A DNA stretch of 64,000 bases, from NCBI GenBank assembly GCA_964234715.1, contig OZ174280.1; one strand, given 5' to 3'. Position 1 is the first letter of the stretch. Each line of letters starts with the position of its first letter. Both the position numbers and the translations under genes were made by a program. The stretch comes from Podarcis melisellensis. Lineage: Eukaryota. The notes below the pieces were generated by a model. The model had not been told where the DNA came from and did not search any database. It was given only the letters and a program-made list of their open reading frames with translations. Shown here piece after piece: positions 1 through 13,411 of the stretch.

Positions 1-124
1 TGATCCCATTAGACCCAGCCTGCAGTGTTTTCAGTTAGGCTGAGTAAGGGGGGAGTTGTTACCTGACACCCCCACAGCAAGGCAGGCTGTAAAAACACTA
101 GAAAACATGTAGTCTGGAAATTAA

Positions 125-277
125 GTACATAGGAATGTGACCCAGAACCTTGGTCCACCTAGCACAGTGTCATTTACAATGACAGTTGTCTTTTCCAGCC
201 CTACCTGGAGATGCCAGGAATTGAGCCCATGACCTTCTGTATGCAAGGCAGATGCTCTACCACTGAGCTACAACCTT
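125..277 (-). mobile_element. tRNA-derived SINE (Squam3-like), internally deleted
   Basis: Reverse complement reads ...TAGCTCAGTGGTAGAGCATCTGCCTTGCATACAGAAGGTC...TCAATTCCTGGCATCTCCAGGTAGGGCTGG, the same family as 39631-39824. Confidence 0.75.
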
Positions 278-329
278 TCTTTGTAGTTGAGAGGGGATGA
301 AGCAGCAGAACCCCTGAATATAATGAAAG

Positions 330-720
330 AGTTCGCACTGGCTACCAGTTTGTTTCTGGGCTCAGTTTTGTTGTTAAAACCCTAAACAACTTGGAACCAG
401 GGCAGGGACTGGGACCTTGTGTCCCTCCAAGTGCTGTTGGACTATAACTCCCCTGATCTGAAGAGTCACATGTTCCCCATTCCTGGACTAGGATACTTGA
501 AGGGTGGTCTTTTCAATCAATTTTTTCCCTAAAGGGTGGCTTTTCTCTGCAGAAATGTGCCTGACAGAAATCTTAACTGAAGGCCCATTTCTAGGTACCT
601 CTGCCTCCTGAGACCTTCTCAGCGGTGATGGTGAAATAATGGAGTTCTCTCTCTAAACACATACACCATGTTGACCTCAGTGTGATCTTTCAGATGCCGT
701 GTGAAGTCTTTCCTGTTCAT
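330..720 (+). mobile_element. Decayed L2/CR1-clade LINE 3' fragment interrupted by a short MITE (403-486)
   Basis: cactggctaccagtttgtttctgggctcag...aaaaccctaaacaacttggaaccagg resembles the HWLPV..RAQFK..KALN.LGPGYL end of L2 ORF2. It resumes after the insert as ggatacttgaag. Confidence 0.55.
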
Positions 721-1869
721 TCTGACTTGTAGTCATCTTGAGCTGATGGATGTGGAGTAAATTGCACAATTATGATGGGTCTAAGAACGACTTTTGTAAG
801 TGAGGCATGACTCAGAAGCCAGCTGGTGGATAACATTCCTTTCCCTCTCACTTCCAATTTGCAAATATATTGGTTTCAGCTCATCCCTTTCCATGGATTG
901 TCATTGTTGCACGAGGAAATGAGCAAGGAGACCAGACCATTTTCTGTTTGTAGGATTTGCCTGTGCTCATTCCCCGCCTCCCTTAGGCATCTCATGAACA
1001 TGGAATTTGTGAGAGTCATGATCTTGTGAAATCCAGAGCCAGAGTTAATGTACATATGACCAGCAGCTTGATTGTACTGCAGTAATTGGGGGGGGGGGAT
1101 TTAGGCTTATAAATCCTGAACTCAGTTTGGTCCCTGGGATGCTGCCTTGAAGAGTGATGAGTCTGTGGGTTGTTAACTTGGCTATTAAAGTTGCTGCCCA
1201 GGCTCTGGTTCAATTGGAAGATTGTTTTCCTCCCAAAGTACCTTTCTCTGTTGATCATGCCCAGGTTTGTAGAAAAAGTTTTATGTCAGTTGTATAACAG
1301 CAACTCCCTCTTGGTTATTCATTCTTCCTGGTGTGAGCAGGCTAGAGAGGGAGGTGGCTGCTTTGCACACATGGCTCACGTTCAGTGACTCTAGCCCAAG
1401 CCAGATCCTCATCTGGTTACACCAGGGAAATTGCATCAGTACTCATGGCGTTACTCCAGGCTGTTAGTTGCTTTATCCAAGTGTTGGATCAGAGCGGGAC
1501 TTGATCCCCTGCCAAGGTTTGGGCTCTTGGCCTGAATGTGAAGCTAATATTAATGTGCTGGGGGCTGAAAGGCAGAGGAGAGTTTTGACACATCATTTCT
1601 CCTCTGCATGTGTGTGGCTTTCATAAATGCTATTTGTTTGCTCCTAACCTCAGAAAGGTTTTTTTCCCCCCAAAAGCCAGGCAGAAATCCTGGCAAAGCT
1701 TGAAGACTTGCTTGGGATTAGGGTCACTCCGAAGACTGTTTCTCGATGCCTGAGTGCCTCTTCTGCCCTCTTCTTAAAAGGTGATGGTGGAAGGAGTTAA
1801 CAGGAGAGAGCCAGCCATTCCTACTCTTTTGCACCAAAAAGATGTAGGCCGAACAGATTTTTAAATGCA

Positions 1870-2005
1870 AGTCTCTGTGAGCCAGCACTATGAGAGTGTT
1901 GGGTTTGGTGGCATAAGAAACGAGATTAAAGCTCACTCAGTCATGAAACTTCCTGGGTGGCCTTGGCCAAAGCACTCCCACCCTAACATGCCTCACAGGG
2001 GAGAA
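1870..2005 (+). mobile_element. Old CORE/MIR-like SINE
   Basis: Core-like ctcagtcatgaaacttcctgggtggccttggccaa...cctcacagg, similar to 57808-57960. Confidence 0.5.
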
Positions 2006-3680
2006 GACTGCAATATACTGTAACCCAAGTGGAGGCAATGTGTAGATCTAGATTTACGGGTATAATAAGAACCCTGCTGGATCAGACAAATACCTGGGTT
2101 ATTTGTGATAGATTAGCAAGGACTTCTGACTCCCAATTGTTTTACAAAGCAGCAACTACATGATCTCCCTACCCTAAGTTATATTGCAGAAATGAAGGAA
2201 GATAGGATTTGGGCACCAAAGGACTGTGAGCTCCATTCAGTTCTGGAAATGAAAACCACTGGCTGGCTTCAGAATTCCTTAACATTAAGTCTATGTCTTT
2301 TGTACAATTTCCAATCAATGGATATCTTGAGGTTCTAGGGGGGAAAGATACAGCAAGCCAAGTCCACCTAGCTCTGCACTACAACCCCCCCCCACTCAGA
2401 TTTATTTTTTTAAGGGCTTGTTCTTCCAATCCTGGGATCAGCCCTTCCTATTTTTGAGCTATACTTTCACACATCTTGTCACCACTGGTTTGCCTTCATG
2501 CGTCCTCTCCGTGAGATAACATGATCTTAAATGAGAAGAACATGATCTAAAATTAGAACAGAGAAGTTTCCTTATCACTGTTTGCATACAGCTAATTCAG
2601 GTTCATCCAACACTTTAACATTTTGATAGCAAGATAAGTACAACACAAATGGGCAACTTCAATCAGGAGGGTTACAGGATTATTATTTTTTTAATTGACT
2701 GGCTTTGTCAGTTGAAACAAATCCTTTGTGTGGCCAGCCTTTAATGTAGTGGATGTACACATTGTGTTAGTGCATATGGAATGCTGTAAGCACATTTCAT
2801 GGCTGAGCTTCTGCTTAGACGCTCCATCAGTATCTGATCCTTTCCCCAGATCCTTTCAGTTCTGGATTAGCTTCTTAATCCCTTTTTCCCTCCTTGACCT
2901 GGGTTCTATGAATGTTTTAGAGTTTTCACCTAGCCTTCAAGAAACCATCCCCTAGACCCTGGCCATTTTAAAATTTTAATTTTAATTATTTTATTTTATT
3001 TTTTGCTTTGTCACATTCCTTCCATGGACTTTCCTTCTGGGCCTGCCATGCTCCATCTTGGACTTTTATCTCTCTCCTTGCACTCCTAAGTCCTGGATGC
3101 TCTGTTGCATTCGCTGGTCTGTGACAGGATACAAAAGCTCCGAACTCCATTCACAGAATTAGCGGTTGCTGTGGTAATGGCAGCTGAATCTCATTCTAAG
3201 GTTTGCAGTCCCCTTGGGAAAGGGATTAGAAGCAGCACAAGCTCCTTGGCATCTGTCCATCTGGCAAGGCCTGAAGCCGGACCAGCTCCTAATAATTGGC
3301 AGAGTAGCTAAGTGGGCCAGAGAAGCACAACACATTTGTCAGCTGCAGAGAGAAAGAGAGAGAGAGAGAGGAAGAGAGGAAGGTTATTGCTGACTTAGCA
3401 GCCTTTTCTGAGCACAGCCACAGAAGACAGCACAGAAACCACTTCCTTCTGATGTTTGTTTAATTGTATTTAGATTGGCAAATTGCTGTATTCTGGGGAT
3501 TCAGGGTAGATAATATCGCAGGCATAGATGACTGAGGGTATTTGGTGATAGTGCTGTTGAACTTGGAAGACACCTTATTTCCTTCTACAGTGTCACAAAA
3601 TTATTTCATGGGGTCAGTCCTTCGCTCTGCACCGAGCCACTGCTCAGTAAAGGTAACAGACATTCCCTCCGTTGATATTT

Positions 3681-3847
3681 AGGCTATGCACACACCATAC
3701 ATTTAGAGCATGCCCTCCCCACCCTGAATCATGGGAACTGTAGCTTACCCTTCACAGAGTTACAGTTTCTGGTACCCTTAACAAGCAACAGTTCCTAGGA
3801 TTATTTGGGAGGAAATGTGCTTTAAAAGTATGATGTGCTTGCAGTCT
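3681..3847. mobile_element. Non-autonomous DNA element (MITE) with imperfect TIRs
   Basis: AGGCTATGCACACACCATACATTTA at the left end pairs imperfectly with TTTAAAAGTATGATGTGCTTGCAGTCT at the right end. Internal inverted gggaactgt / acagttcc. Confidence 0.55.
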
Positions 3848-6051
3848 AAGGCAACTTTTCCACTGGCCTAGGGGGCCACCTGTTCCTGCTGGCCAAATGT
3901 TGCAAAGTGTCTGCAGGGACTCTGTGTACTTTGGATTTTGCACTTTGCCAATCTGGTGACACAGGTAACACACCAGACAGCAAGCTAGGGGATGGAGGAT
4001 GAGGGCCTGTCTTCAGGCCAGCAGGGTTGTGCTTCAAGAATCTAGAGTTCAGATTTCCTCCAGGGAAACCTATGGTTTACTGCTGAATCAAACCAAATGA
4101 CAATTGGGTTTTCCATGGATTCAGTGACAAAGATTGTGTTTTCCAGGGGAGAACTGAGGGGGGGAAAACACAGCTACTCAGGCCTGTGCCTAAAAAGCAC
4201 AGGACAAGTGGACGTAGCCCTTAGTCACAAAGGGGTGCAGTCGGAGAGAGCCAGAGCTTTAAAAAGCTTCCAGCCTTTGTTGGAGTGAGTTGCTTACAAA
4301 ACTATCAGTGGTCCTGTACTCCAACCTTTTATGCAGGATCCAGCATTGGACAGGAATAGAACAAAAAATCTGCCTATAACTTTGAACCCCCCAAACTGCT
4401 TGCTGTGCCCTGGACCAGTGGCGTGCTATCAGTGGACTAGGGGGACTAGGCTAGGCTAGTCCCCTAAATGTTCCTAGTAAATTAGAGTGTTAAAGTATTA
4501 AAGTCTGGTGCCTCCTTCCCAAAGCCTGGGTAGCTTCTGCCCAGCTTAGGGTGGGAAGTGTGATGCTCAGCACATGATGTCAGGGTGCCATGTGCATGAG
4601 CCCCCCACCCCCATTGCCCTCACAAGATCATTCATTAGACAAATGGAATACAAATCCTATCTCTAGGGCAATGTTAGCTTTTGAAAATAGAACTCTTTTC
4701 TTGGAAAGTGCTTCCACATCAAGATAGTGCTTCTTTCTAGTCTGAGGTGAAGCTGTCAAATATCTCCTCATTATAAATAACCTTCAATCAGTACAGTTAA
4801 CCTGCATTACAAATAACAGTTAACTAAGATAAGCTGCTGTCACAGCAGGTTCTCATTGCTTGTTGAGGCCCGCTACAAAACAAATCTCCTTTTTTTCTGT
4901 TTTGTTAATATGATTCATTATAAAAGATGCCCCCTCTGGTTTGTATCCAGTATCATTCACGTAAGGGCCGACTCGTCATTACATTATTATTAGGCAGAAG
5001 TTTAAAATGCCCCCAAGGTGTTTAGCAAATTTCCAGTTTCAGCAAAACAATAAACTTAATTTAAATGGTTGATTTGGGCATGCATGTTTGCTATTAAACC
5101 CCCTCAAGCTCTGCCTCTTCGTAGGCTAGCTCTGGTTCATTCATCGCGAACTGTTTTCTGACAATGTGGGCCATGCAATTAGTGGATTGACATTTTTCCA
5201 GCAGGTGAGCCAAACCCAGGCTTGCTGTGCAAGAGTCCCCATTAGTGCTGTGTCACACCTTTTCTAAGAGAGTGAAAGCTAGTTCATGGAGCCTACCAGG
5301 ATGCAGGCTTGACCTAGATAATTGGCTCCATCCTTTGCTCTCACTCGGTCCCCTTCCAATTAGCTTTTTAAAAAGGAAGTGATTTCAGTGTGCTAATGAA
5401 AATAAATTGATCGCAGCTGTCCCACAAACCACAGGGTGGAGGAGATGACAGGGTGACAGGGCGATACCAGCTCCAGCTGAGGATGCTGGAGGAGAGATGG
5501 CATGAGAAACTGACCTCTCAAGGTATGATCAAACTTCATTGAGGTCGGAGGGTTATCACGTTGGCTGAGTCTGGTCAGAATGGAGCTACATGGCTAACTT
5601 TCTGGAGAGCAAGAACAGCAGGCCAGGAGAACCAGTGAAGGTGGAAGCAGCTTGGCTGGATCTCTGAGTGAACTTGAAGTGACTTCCAAAACTCAAATAA
5701 GGCACATTAAGATTGTTCTTTCCCTCCCCTTCTGAGCCTAGCCAGGGAGCTAAAGAGGGATGAAATAATAGGGTTGTGCAACAAGGAGATGGTTTCACAA
5801 TTTCACTCTGCCTTTAGTCCTGAATCCAGCAGGGTATAAAAGTAAGGGAAATATTTCTTACTTATATGCACCAGACTGAGGGTGGCAGGTGATGGCGAGA
5901 GAGCCCTCTGGTCCTATTTTCATCCTACTTCTGAATAAAATCCTACTACTGAATAACCCCATTATTCAGGGACGTCTTTATGGGATTAGTTTCCTTTAGA
6001 TGGGGAGATGTTTATAGTGGTTTCCTCATAACATATGCATTGATACATATA

Positions 6052-6341
6052 CAGTGGTACCTCGGGTTAAGTACTTAATTTGTTCCGGAGGTCCGTTCTT
6101 AACCTGAAACTGTTCTTAACCTGAAGCACCACTTTAGCTAATGGGGCCTCCCGCTGCTGCCGCATCACTGGAGCACAATTTCTGTTCTCATCTTGAAGCA
6201 AAGTTCTTAACCCGAGGTAATATTTCTGGGTTAGCGGAGTCTGTAACCTGAATCGTATGTAGCCTGAAGTGTATGTAACCTGAAGCGTATGTAACCTGAA
6301 GTGTATGTAACCTGAAGCGTATGTAACCCGAGGTACCCCTG
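6052..6341. mobile_element. Tc1/mariner (Tigger/pogo-like) MITE, 290 bp
   Basis: TIRs CAGTGGTACCTCGGGTTA and TAACCCGAGGTACCCCTG (17/18). TA on both sides (6050-51, 6342-43). Internal 16-bp tandem repeat. Confidence 0.9.
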
Positions 6342-9074
6342 TATAAGGCGGAGAGATATTGAAGGGATGCAGAAGCAAGCACCCTGGGAAAACTCATGAA
6401 GTTAGTTCTATTCCTCCCTGCCCTCCTTCCTTCAATGCTAAGCAGCTCATTAAGAGCTCTCCTTGCACATACTCTGCTCTAGTCACCCAGGGTGAAGCAT
6501 TTTTAGATGCCTCTTGGAGATGCGATGTGACTCATATCCCAGGTGCTTGGAGCAGCCAACTGCCCTCCGGTGCTCATTGTCCCCCATCAATGGCCAGGCC
6601 ACACTAAAGCCTGCTGTGAATCATAGAAAAGCGGAGCTCAGAACAATGTAAAGTTAGCAAGGCAGCTTGCAGAAAGCAATCTTTCTTATTATTACTCTGT
6701 TGAATGCAGCACACAGTCCAGCTTCATAGTATATCAGATCATGTAAAAATAGCCATTTATTTTGCTTGTTTCAATATGCTAAGATAGCAGAAACTGCTTC
6801 TTTTCCTGCATATGCTTCAGTGCCCCCAGAGAATGGGCATGGATGAAAATAGTTCCTTCTCCCTGCCCGGCTCTGTTGATCCAGATGGGATGCTGAACTG
6901 TCCAAATGATAGGATTTCAAGAGAGTGGCTGTCTTGGAATGATAAACAGCAATATTTCAAGGGACATCTTTCTTGCCTGAGGAAGAGTTCTGTGTGGCTC
7001 AGAAGCTTTCTATATCCATCCAATACCACTGAGCTAATAAAGAGCTAAATATAACTGGAGCCATTTGGGATTCCTGCTGGTTTACCCAATAGGCAGGCTA
7101 AACATATGCTTAGGGCACCAGACAAAACAGGGGCACCAGACAAAGGAAAAAAGGTGTTTGGAAAGAATTTGACATTAGGCATCATGGGGGAAAACCAGAT
7201 CTTTCTTAGACTTCCTTACATGCCATTACACACTCTGCCCCCATTTTTTCTGTTCTTAAAAAAATTCTTATCCACCCTAAACCAGGAGGCATTCTACTAA
7301 TAGAGATCAACATAATGGGAAGAAATCAGATTCCACTCATGTGTTGTAATACATGTATGCTTTTTTGCTTTTAAAATGATGTTACGGTTTAATAATGTTT
7401 TTATTTTGAATTGCATATGGAGGACAGCAAAACCTTTTCAGTGCTTAGGACCTCTTAAAGTATGAAGAGCTGCTGTAGGAAGATTCTGGCCCCCAAAGGC
7501 CAGCATGGCACTTACTGAACCTGGAAAGAAGAGGGGCTTTCTCTCCTTGCTTTCCAAGAACAGGTGACCCCAGAGCACCCTTTTCTGCAAATGGGACTGA
7601 ACCTATAAAAAACCCTTGCTATTAACATAGATGATCAGCCCATTGAACATTTAAAGCTTAAGAAACTAGGGTTTCCAGCATCTTTCCCCTAGGCAATTTC
7701 TTTGCCTTTTAAAGCCCTATTACAGGACGATCCACATTCTTGGTTTTTGCAGCTATTAAAAACAAAGAAGCTTTTCTCAGCAAAGACCTGCCAATCTTAG
7801 AAGAAGATGCTCCTAATTCCTGGGTGGGTGCCTGCTTTAAATGCTAGGGGCGCTGAATGATCAAAAGGTAGAGAGTTGGCACTTGATTATAGATAACAAA
7901 TAGCCCAGAGGCTCACCACTGGTTGTCTTTATGGCATTTAATTCTATGCCATCACTTTCTGACGTATCAATTTCAGCAGACCAGTTTTTATAATGGAGCC
8001 CAGTATGTCCTCCATATGATAATATCGAGTAGAAAAGCTGGCCAGTTGTATCTGTTAAAGCCTGCAAAGTCCATCCTGCTCTGATTCTCTAAAGTCTTCT
8101 TTCAAAATTGTTATTTGAAGCTGCATGTGTAAATGTGGTGTAAGGGAGTGGGGGCTTAACATAATTTAGTAAAGGCAGCATCATGCGTATTCTCTATTGA
8201 AAAAACAGTCAGCAAAACCCTGGAAGTTGGCCCAGAGAACTCACTTCCTCCCTAGGAACAGAGTGTGTTACCTATCCCAGAGGACAATTGCACTCATTTT
8301 AATACAGAGGCATGTGCACCTGTGTCTTTGAAAAACAGTGCTGAAAGTGGCCCTGAAGGACAGCAGATGGTGCCTGCAGATTGCAAAATAGGACATGCTC
8401 CATGTATACCGTGAGCCCAGGTTTCTCCAAGTTCATTGGGATTCACTAGCTCATGGACCAGATCCAATGCATTATCCTGTGCTGCTTGGATTCATGTTAT
8501 TAGATTTCATGCTAGTGGGACCAAAATGCGGGAGCCTCAGGGAAAGCTTTCACAGATACTGTTTCAGTTTTGCTCAGTGAGTTTCACATATTTATTTCCT
8601 GGCTCACAGTCACGGGTTCTTTATAAATTTGCAGACAGAACTTGGCTATTGTGTTTCATTGGGTAGACATTCAGATTAATAGCTGCCGCTATTTGAAAAG
8701 CGCAAGTTAATTTTCACTTGAAATTTATTTAAACTTGACAGTTTAAAATTTCAGATTTATGCATTGCCGATAGTGCGTAAGTTGTGTTTTCCTTATAGAC
8801 AGTTAGTCACTTTGTTACTTAATTATCCCATAGTGATATTAGCATATGTTGGACCACCAAATGATGATGTAGGAAACATGTATCATATTTGGACCGGTCA
8901 AGAATGACTTCTGGGCAGTTGAAGGGAGAGAGAGTGAGATGGAAATGCTCATTGCCCTCTTAGTTTTGGCAAGTACAGGGGCTGGGGAACTGACAGGCCT
9001 AGACTTCTAGCTGTGCAGCCTATTGTAAGGTACTTGTTCATCATGCAAGGTATTGCTTTATGATGTTATAACCT

Positions 9075-9505
9075 TTTTTCATGGGGAGTTGTTCAACTCC
9101 CCCAATCATTTTGGTTGCCCCTTTGTGTCTCTTTTCCAGCTCTACAATGTCCTTTTTGAGATATTTTCCAAGTGCAGTAGCACCATAGATTTGTACAAAG
9201 GAATTAAGATACTGACCATTTTATTTTCAATTCTGTATGGGATTCTTCTTTTTCACATCTGCCACACACTGGGACAATATCCTGCATGAATGCAAGAGCT
9301 CTTTTTTGGTCAGCCACTGCCAACAGAACACGCAAAGTTAGGATTTTTTTGTCCCAATATGAATCACCCTATACTTACAGTACTTACACTGAACCACATC
9401 TGCCTTTTTAATTCCCTTTCACTCAGTAAAAACAAAACAAAAAACCTTTCTGGAACTTTTTGCAATCCCTCCTTGTTTCTACTACCCTTTGCACAAATTT
9501 GGTGC
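9075..9505 (-). mobile_element. CR1 LINE ORF2 fragment (decayed)
   Basis: The minus strand gives LYKSMVLLHLE and LKKDIVELEK..KGATKMI, matching the CR1 ORF2 motifs LYKSMVRPHLEY and LKKDIVELEKVQKRATKMI. Confidence 0.75.
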
Positions 9506-12283
9506 TATTGGCCAAGGAGCAAATAATACACAGAGCTGCATTGGTAAGATTGAGAAGCAGTGATAGGGAAGATGGACTGGTTAGTGGAAAGCAGCAGCAA
9601 TGATGCTTATATAGTATTCAGTTTTTCAGCTTTAAGAATCACCACATTTTTCCTGGCAAACATACAGGAGCAAAGGAAGTAGCCTTCTTGCTCAGCATGA
9701 TTGTCTACTGACTGGCAATAACTCTTCAAGGTTATGGACAGTTCACACTTTATGTGTTTGCTGCAGGGAGTGCTGATTTAACACCGGTGTACACCCAGCC
9801 CTCATTTTTGCTGTGTAAAGAGTGGAGACGCCCTTAGAAATGTTTGCCATCCCGAGACATGCTTTTCATCACTTAGTATTGCAAATCATGCAAGGAACAA
9901 ACATGCATTCAAAACCTGGAAATCTACAGAGCTTAGAAGATCTGGCTATCCTCTTCATATTAGTAGGTGCTTTGCCTGCAAATCCGTTAGGTGGCTTGAT
10001 AAACCTCATCCGCAGTTGGGCTGTAGCCTTGAAGTTACCCCACAGGAGCTGTCCTTTCAGCACCACAGATGAAGGTGATCGTGGAGTCAGGGCTATTGAA
10101 AAGGAAAAGCTCGCTGTTTGAGTTTAGCTTCCCCATCGCAGAGCCTGTATTACATGTTTGCACGCACTTGCATGCTATCCATCTGTTTCTTTCACCAGCT
10201 GGGAAGAAGAGAGAAGGGCTGCTGTTACTGTTGTTTGTGAACCCTTAGAAAATGCTGAGATACTTATTGCAGGCAACACATGCATCCACAGGCTCTCACT
10301 TTTCAGAATCCTTTCCCTTCTATCATTTAGCAGCTGGATGTCACTTTTGAAATATTCAAAACACCTACATTTTAGAGGCCTGTGTGTTCCTCAATTTCAG
10401 CCTCATTTCATGCTTTTTTCCTGCAGTCAAAACAAAGCAGCTCTTAACCATTTGTGTCCCAAAGACACATCGTACTGCCTGGATAGCTTCTGAATATGAC
10501 AATGTATTGAAAGGCTTTTCCATGTAAAAATGGCTGGTGTGAACCTAATTGCTTTAAGATATTGGTGGAAATGTACCTTCTGTTTCTGCATCACCCCTGC
10601 TATGTGTTCTTTTTTTTTAATGACCACTTTATATATGTGATTACTTTCAGTATTTGTAAACTGCAGTACAGAACACTCAGCAATACAAGAAGCTGGAGGC
10701 AACACATTTAAAATAAGCCAGCAAACTAAATTAGCCATCACCTCCTTTCACAATGCATTATATAAATAGTTGTGCTATAAAAAGTACTTAAGTATGCCCC
10801 ACGCCAGTTCCTTTTCAGTAGATCGATGGGGGAAAGTGCTTAACAAGCTTAAGCTTGCTGTTTCTTTGGAGAGAATGCTGTCCAGTGTCATGTGCTATTA
10901 GCATCCAGGTGGCTCTGGGGATTCATTTTCCACTTGCTGTTGTGAGAGTTGCCTGTTTAAATGTTGGGGGACAGGGTGGAATGGCAAGGACAATGCCTCT
11001 TCTTGCAAACAAAAAGCAACACAAGAGCTGCTGGTGTGCTGCAGTTTTGTGGGGAAACAGAGAAGTGAAGAACATAGCATAGAACATAGAACTCAGTTTC
11101 CTGAGTATCTCGGCTTTCTTTGTTGCTGTTTTCTTTCATACAGGTTACTAGTCCTTATGGTTACAAAAGTATACACGAGCAAAGCCTGCTAAAAACTGCC
11201 TTGCATTGGAAGATGTTTGCTTAAACCTGCCTTTACTGGGAAACAGCTTAGAAGTAGCTGAAACTTTGTGGCACTTTTAAAGTTGATTACCAGGGTTCGT
11301 CGTTGTAAGGAAAAAATGGGGTCTGGGGGCGCCCTCTATGCTGCCCCGAAATCCTCAGGGAAGGGTGGAATATATGTGTGGCAGATATGCTAGCTGCTGG
11401 AAATCCCAAACTGTGCCCCCTCCCAATTGTTAATCAAGTTTTTGTTGTTGCTCTTTTAAAAGCATATGATATACTAGCAGCCTTTTATCTGGCATTTCTT
11501 GGTAATTCTAAGAGGCCAAGATGTAGTTGTGAAATCAGTGGTTAACATAGTGAAGTTTGAAAGGCTTTCTGCCATTTTGATTCAAAATGTTGTTCAATTG
11601 TATCTAAACATAGACGAAACATGCTCCTTCATCTCAGGAACCACCATACAACATTGAAAAGAGCTGTCAAAATATACAGCAAACAGATTCCTTGGCTTCT
11701 TTAAAAAAAAATCCTGTGAAATAAAGTTGTGTGCCTCTATCAGCTGCAAAAAAGGGAAACCCACCTGCTGGATTTCTACTTGTGGGGAAGGACTGCTCTT
11801 GAGTCACTGAACATTTTCGATTTCTGCAATGCCTTGCGAAAGAGAATTGCAAGGTGGGGTCCAGTTTTCTAAAATCTCTTGATTTGTTCTGAAATGAGGC
11901 AGAAATGCTGTGGATGAAATTGGACCAGTTTCCTGAGTGGTCCCTGCGAAGAGGCAGCAAGCATGTAGTTGTTAACGAGATCCTTTGAGGCCCTTCATCC
12001 TAGGCTGTGTTTCTTTCTGCCTCATCGACTCTCCATCATTTCCCAAATCTCAGCTAAAATCTCTCTCTCTCTCTTGTTTTTGTTCCCGGCCCTTGTGTTC
12101 CTAATCTCTCTCCTACTGCTATGATTTATTATTTTGTCCTTTTGCTGGAGAATCCACACTCTGTAAGGTGGCAGAAACTTTGTTTGATATAGAAAACAGT
12201 GAAATGTAAATATGCATATTAGCTTGTTGACTCTTGTGTTCATATCAGCCTCATACTATGCTTAATATAAATCTCCCACTATG

Positions 12284-12428
12284 CAGGGATAGGCAACCTG
12301 TGCCTCCCTCACCTGCAGCCATTGTTGGACTCTGGCTCCCATCAGCATCAGCCAGCATGGTCATTTGTCAAGAATGATGGAGGTTCAAGTTCAGTAATGT
12401 CTGGAGGACCACAGGTTGGTCACCACTG
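12284..12428. mobile_element. Palindromic ~140-bp MITE (hAT-like CAG...CTG ends)
   Basis: cagggataggcaacctgtg...ttggactc..ctcccatca / tgatgga...ctggaggaccacaggttggtcaccactg. Related copies occur across the window. Confidence 0.7.
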
Positions 12429-12430
12429 TC

Positions 12431-12512
12431 CATGGGCAGCTGCCCCCCCCCAAATCAAGTAAATAAAAAAAAAGGCTTGCCCCTTCCAACATAAATCCTG
12501 GCTATGCTCCTG
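12431..12512. mobile_element. Deleted copy of the hAT-like MITE seen at 53982-54141
   Basis: Shares cagctg.cccccc.aaatcaagtaaataaa and ataaatcctgg with 53982-54141. Confidence 0.65.
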
Positions 12513-13411
12513 CCACTCTCAAAGACTCATAAGATCTTTATTGCTGAACGCTCATAGAGGAACTCCTATTATAGGCTCCTCTCTGTTATCACACACCCTG
12601 GAATTGTCCTGCTTATTTTTTTAAAGGTGCTGAAAAGTAAATAAGGGGTTCATTCCCAATTCTTAGAAACTCAAGCTGCAGAAACTGCCATTTATGGAGC
12701 AGAAGGTTCCTGGGGTAACAGATCAGACTGACCAAATGAAAATGGATTCAGCAGCAAATCTTGGTTAATTCAAGCTTCTAAATTCTGTGTACACAAGTTT
12801 ACAAATGTGTGGAAGAAGGATAGTCTGGTGTGGTGTGTTAGCCCTTTCTAAGATAGTAGCTGCTGGGAAAATTACAGCCATAATTGTGTGGTCCACACTA
12901 GCATGCATGTGTGCTGTCTCATGCCAGCAGAATGTTGCAAAAGACACTTTCCCTTCACTTGCCCTCTCCCTCCTTCCAACATCTTCCCTGGCTCACTCTT
13001 GGAATGTTGGCTGAAGCTGTGGTCCCTGCTGCTTGCCAGTGTGGGAACACTCCTGTTTGTTTAGATTTAGCCACTCTTTTAGAGACAGTCACACACAGAG
13101 AGACAAAATGCTTCCCAACGTATGAAAGGCAGCCGGTGCCTTCAAATAAAAAGCCATGTTCATCTAAGAAGAGTCCCGCTGGATCATATGAGAGGCCCAT
13201 CTGGTCCAGCATTCTATTCTCACAGTGACCAACCAGATGTCCACAAGAAGGACATAAGAGCAATAATCATCCCCTGCTCATGTTCTCTAAAGAGTGAGAG
13301 CCAGCCAGTGAGTTTTGTCTTAATAAGGAGTGAGCACCTGAGAAGGGCAAGTTAGTCAGCACACCATTGTGGAAATGCATTGTCTGCACAAAGTCTGGCC
13401 TCCCTTCAAGT

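Noticed and set aside
6243-6330. Regular short repeats superficially like a CRISPR array
   Set aside because: No unique spacers, inside a MITE, eukaryotic context and no cas genes.
7112-7144. Short tandem duplications (gggcaccagacaaa x2; also ~2518-2555)
   Set aside because: Ordinary slippage duplications with no further structure.
7699-7830. Possible vestigial CH-domain exon (ILGF-like peptide between AG and GT)
   Set aside because: The similarity to the NAV2/3 CH C-terminus is only 3-4 residues and stops follow. It cannot be supported without an alignment.
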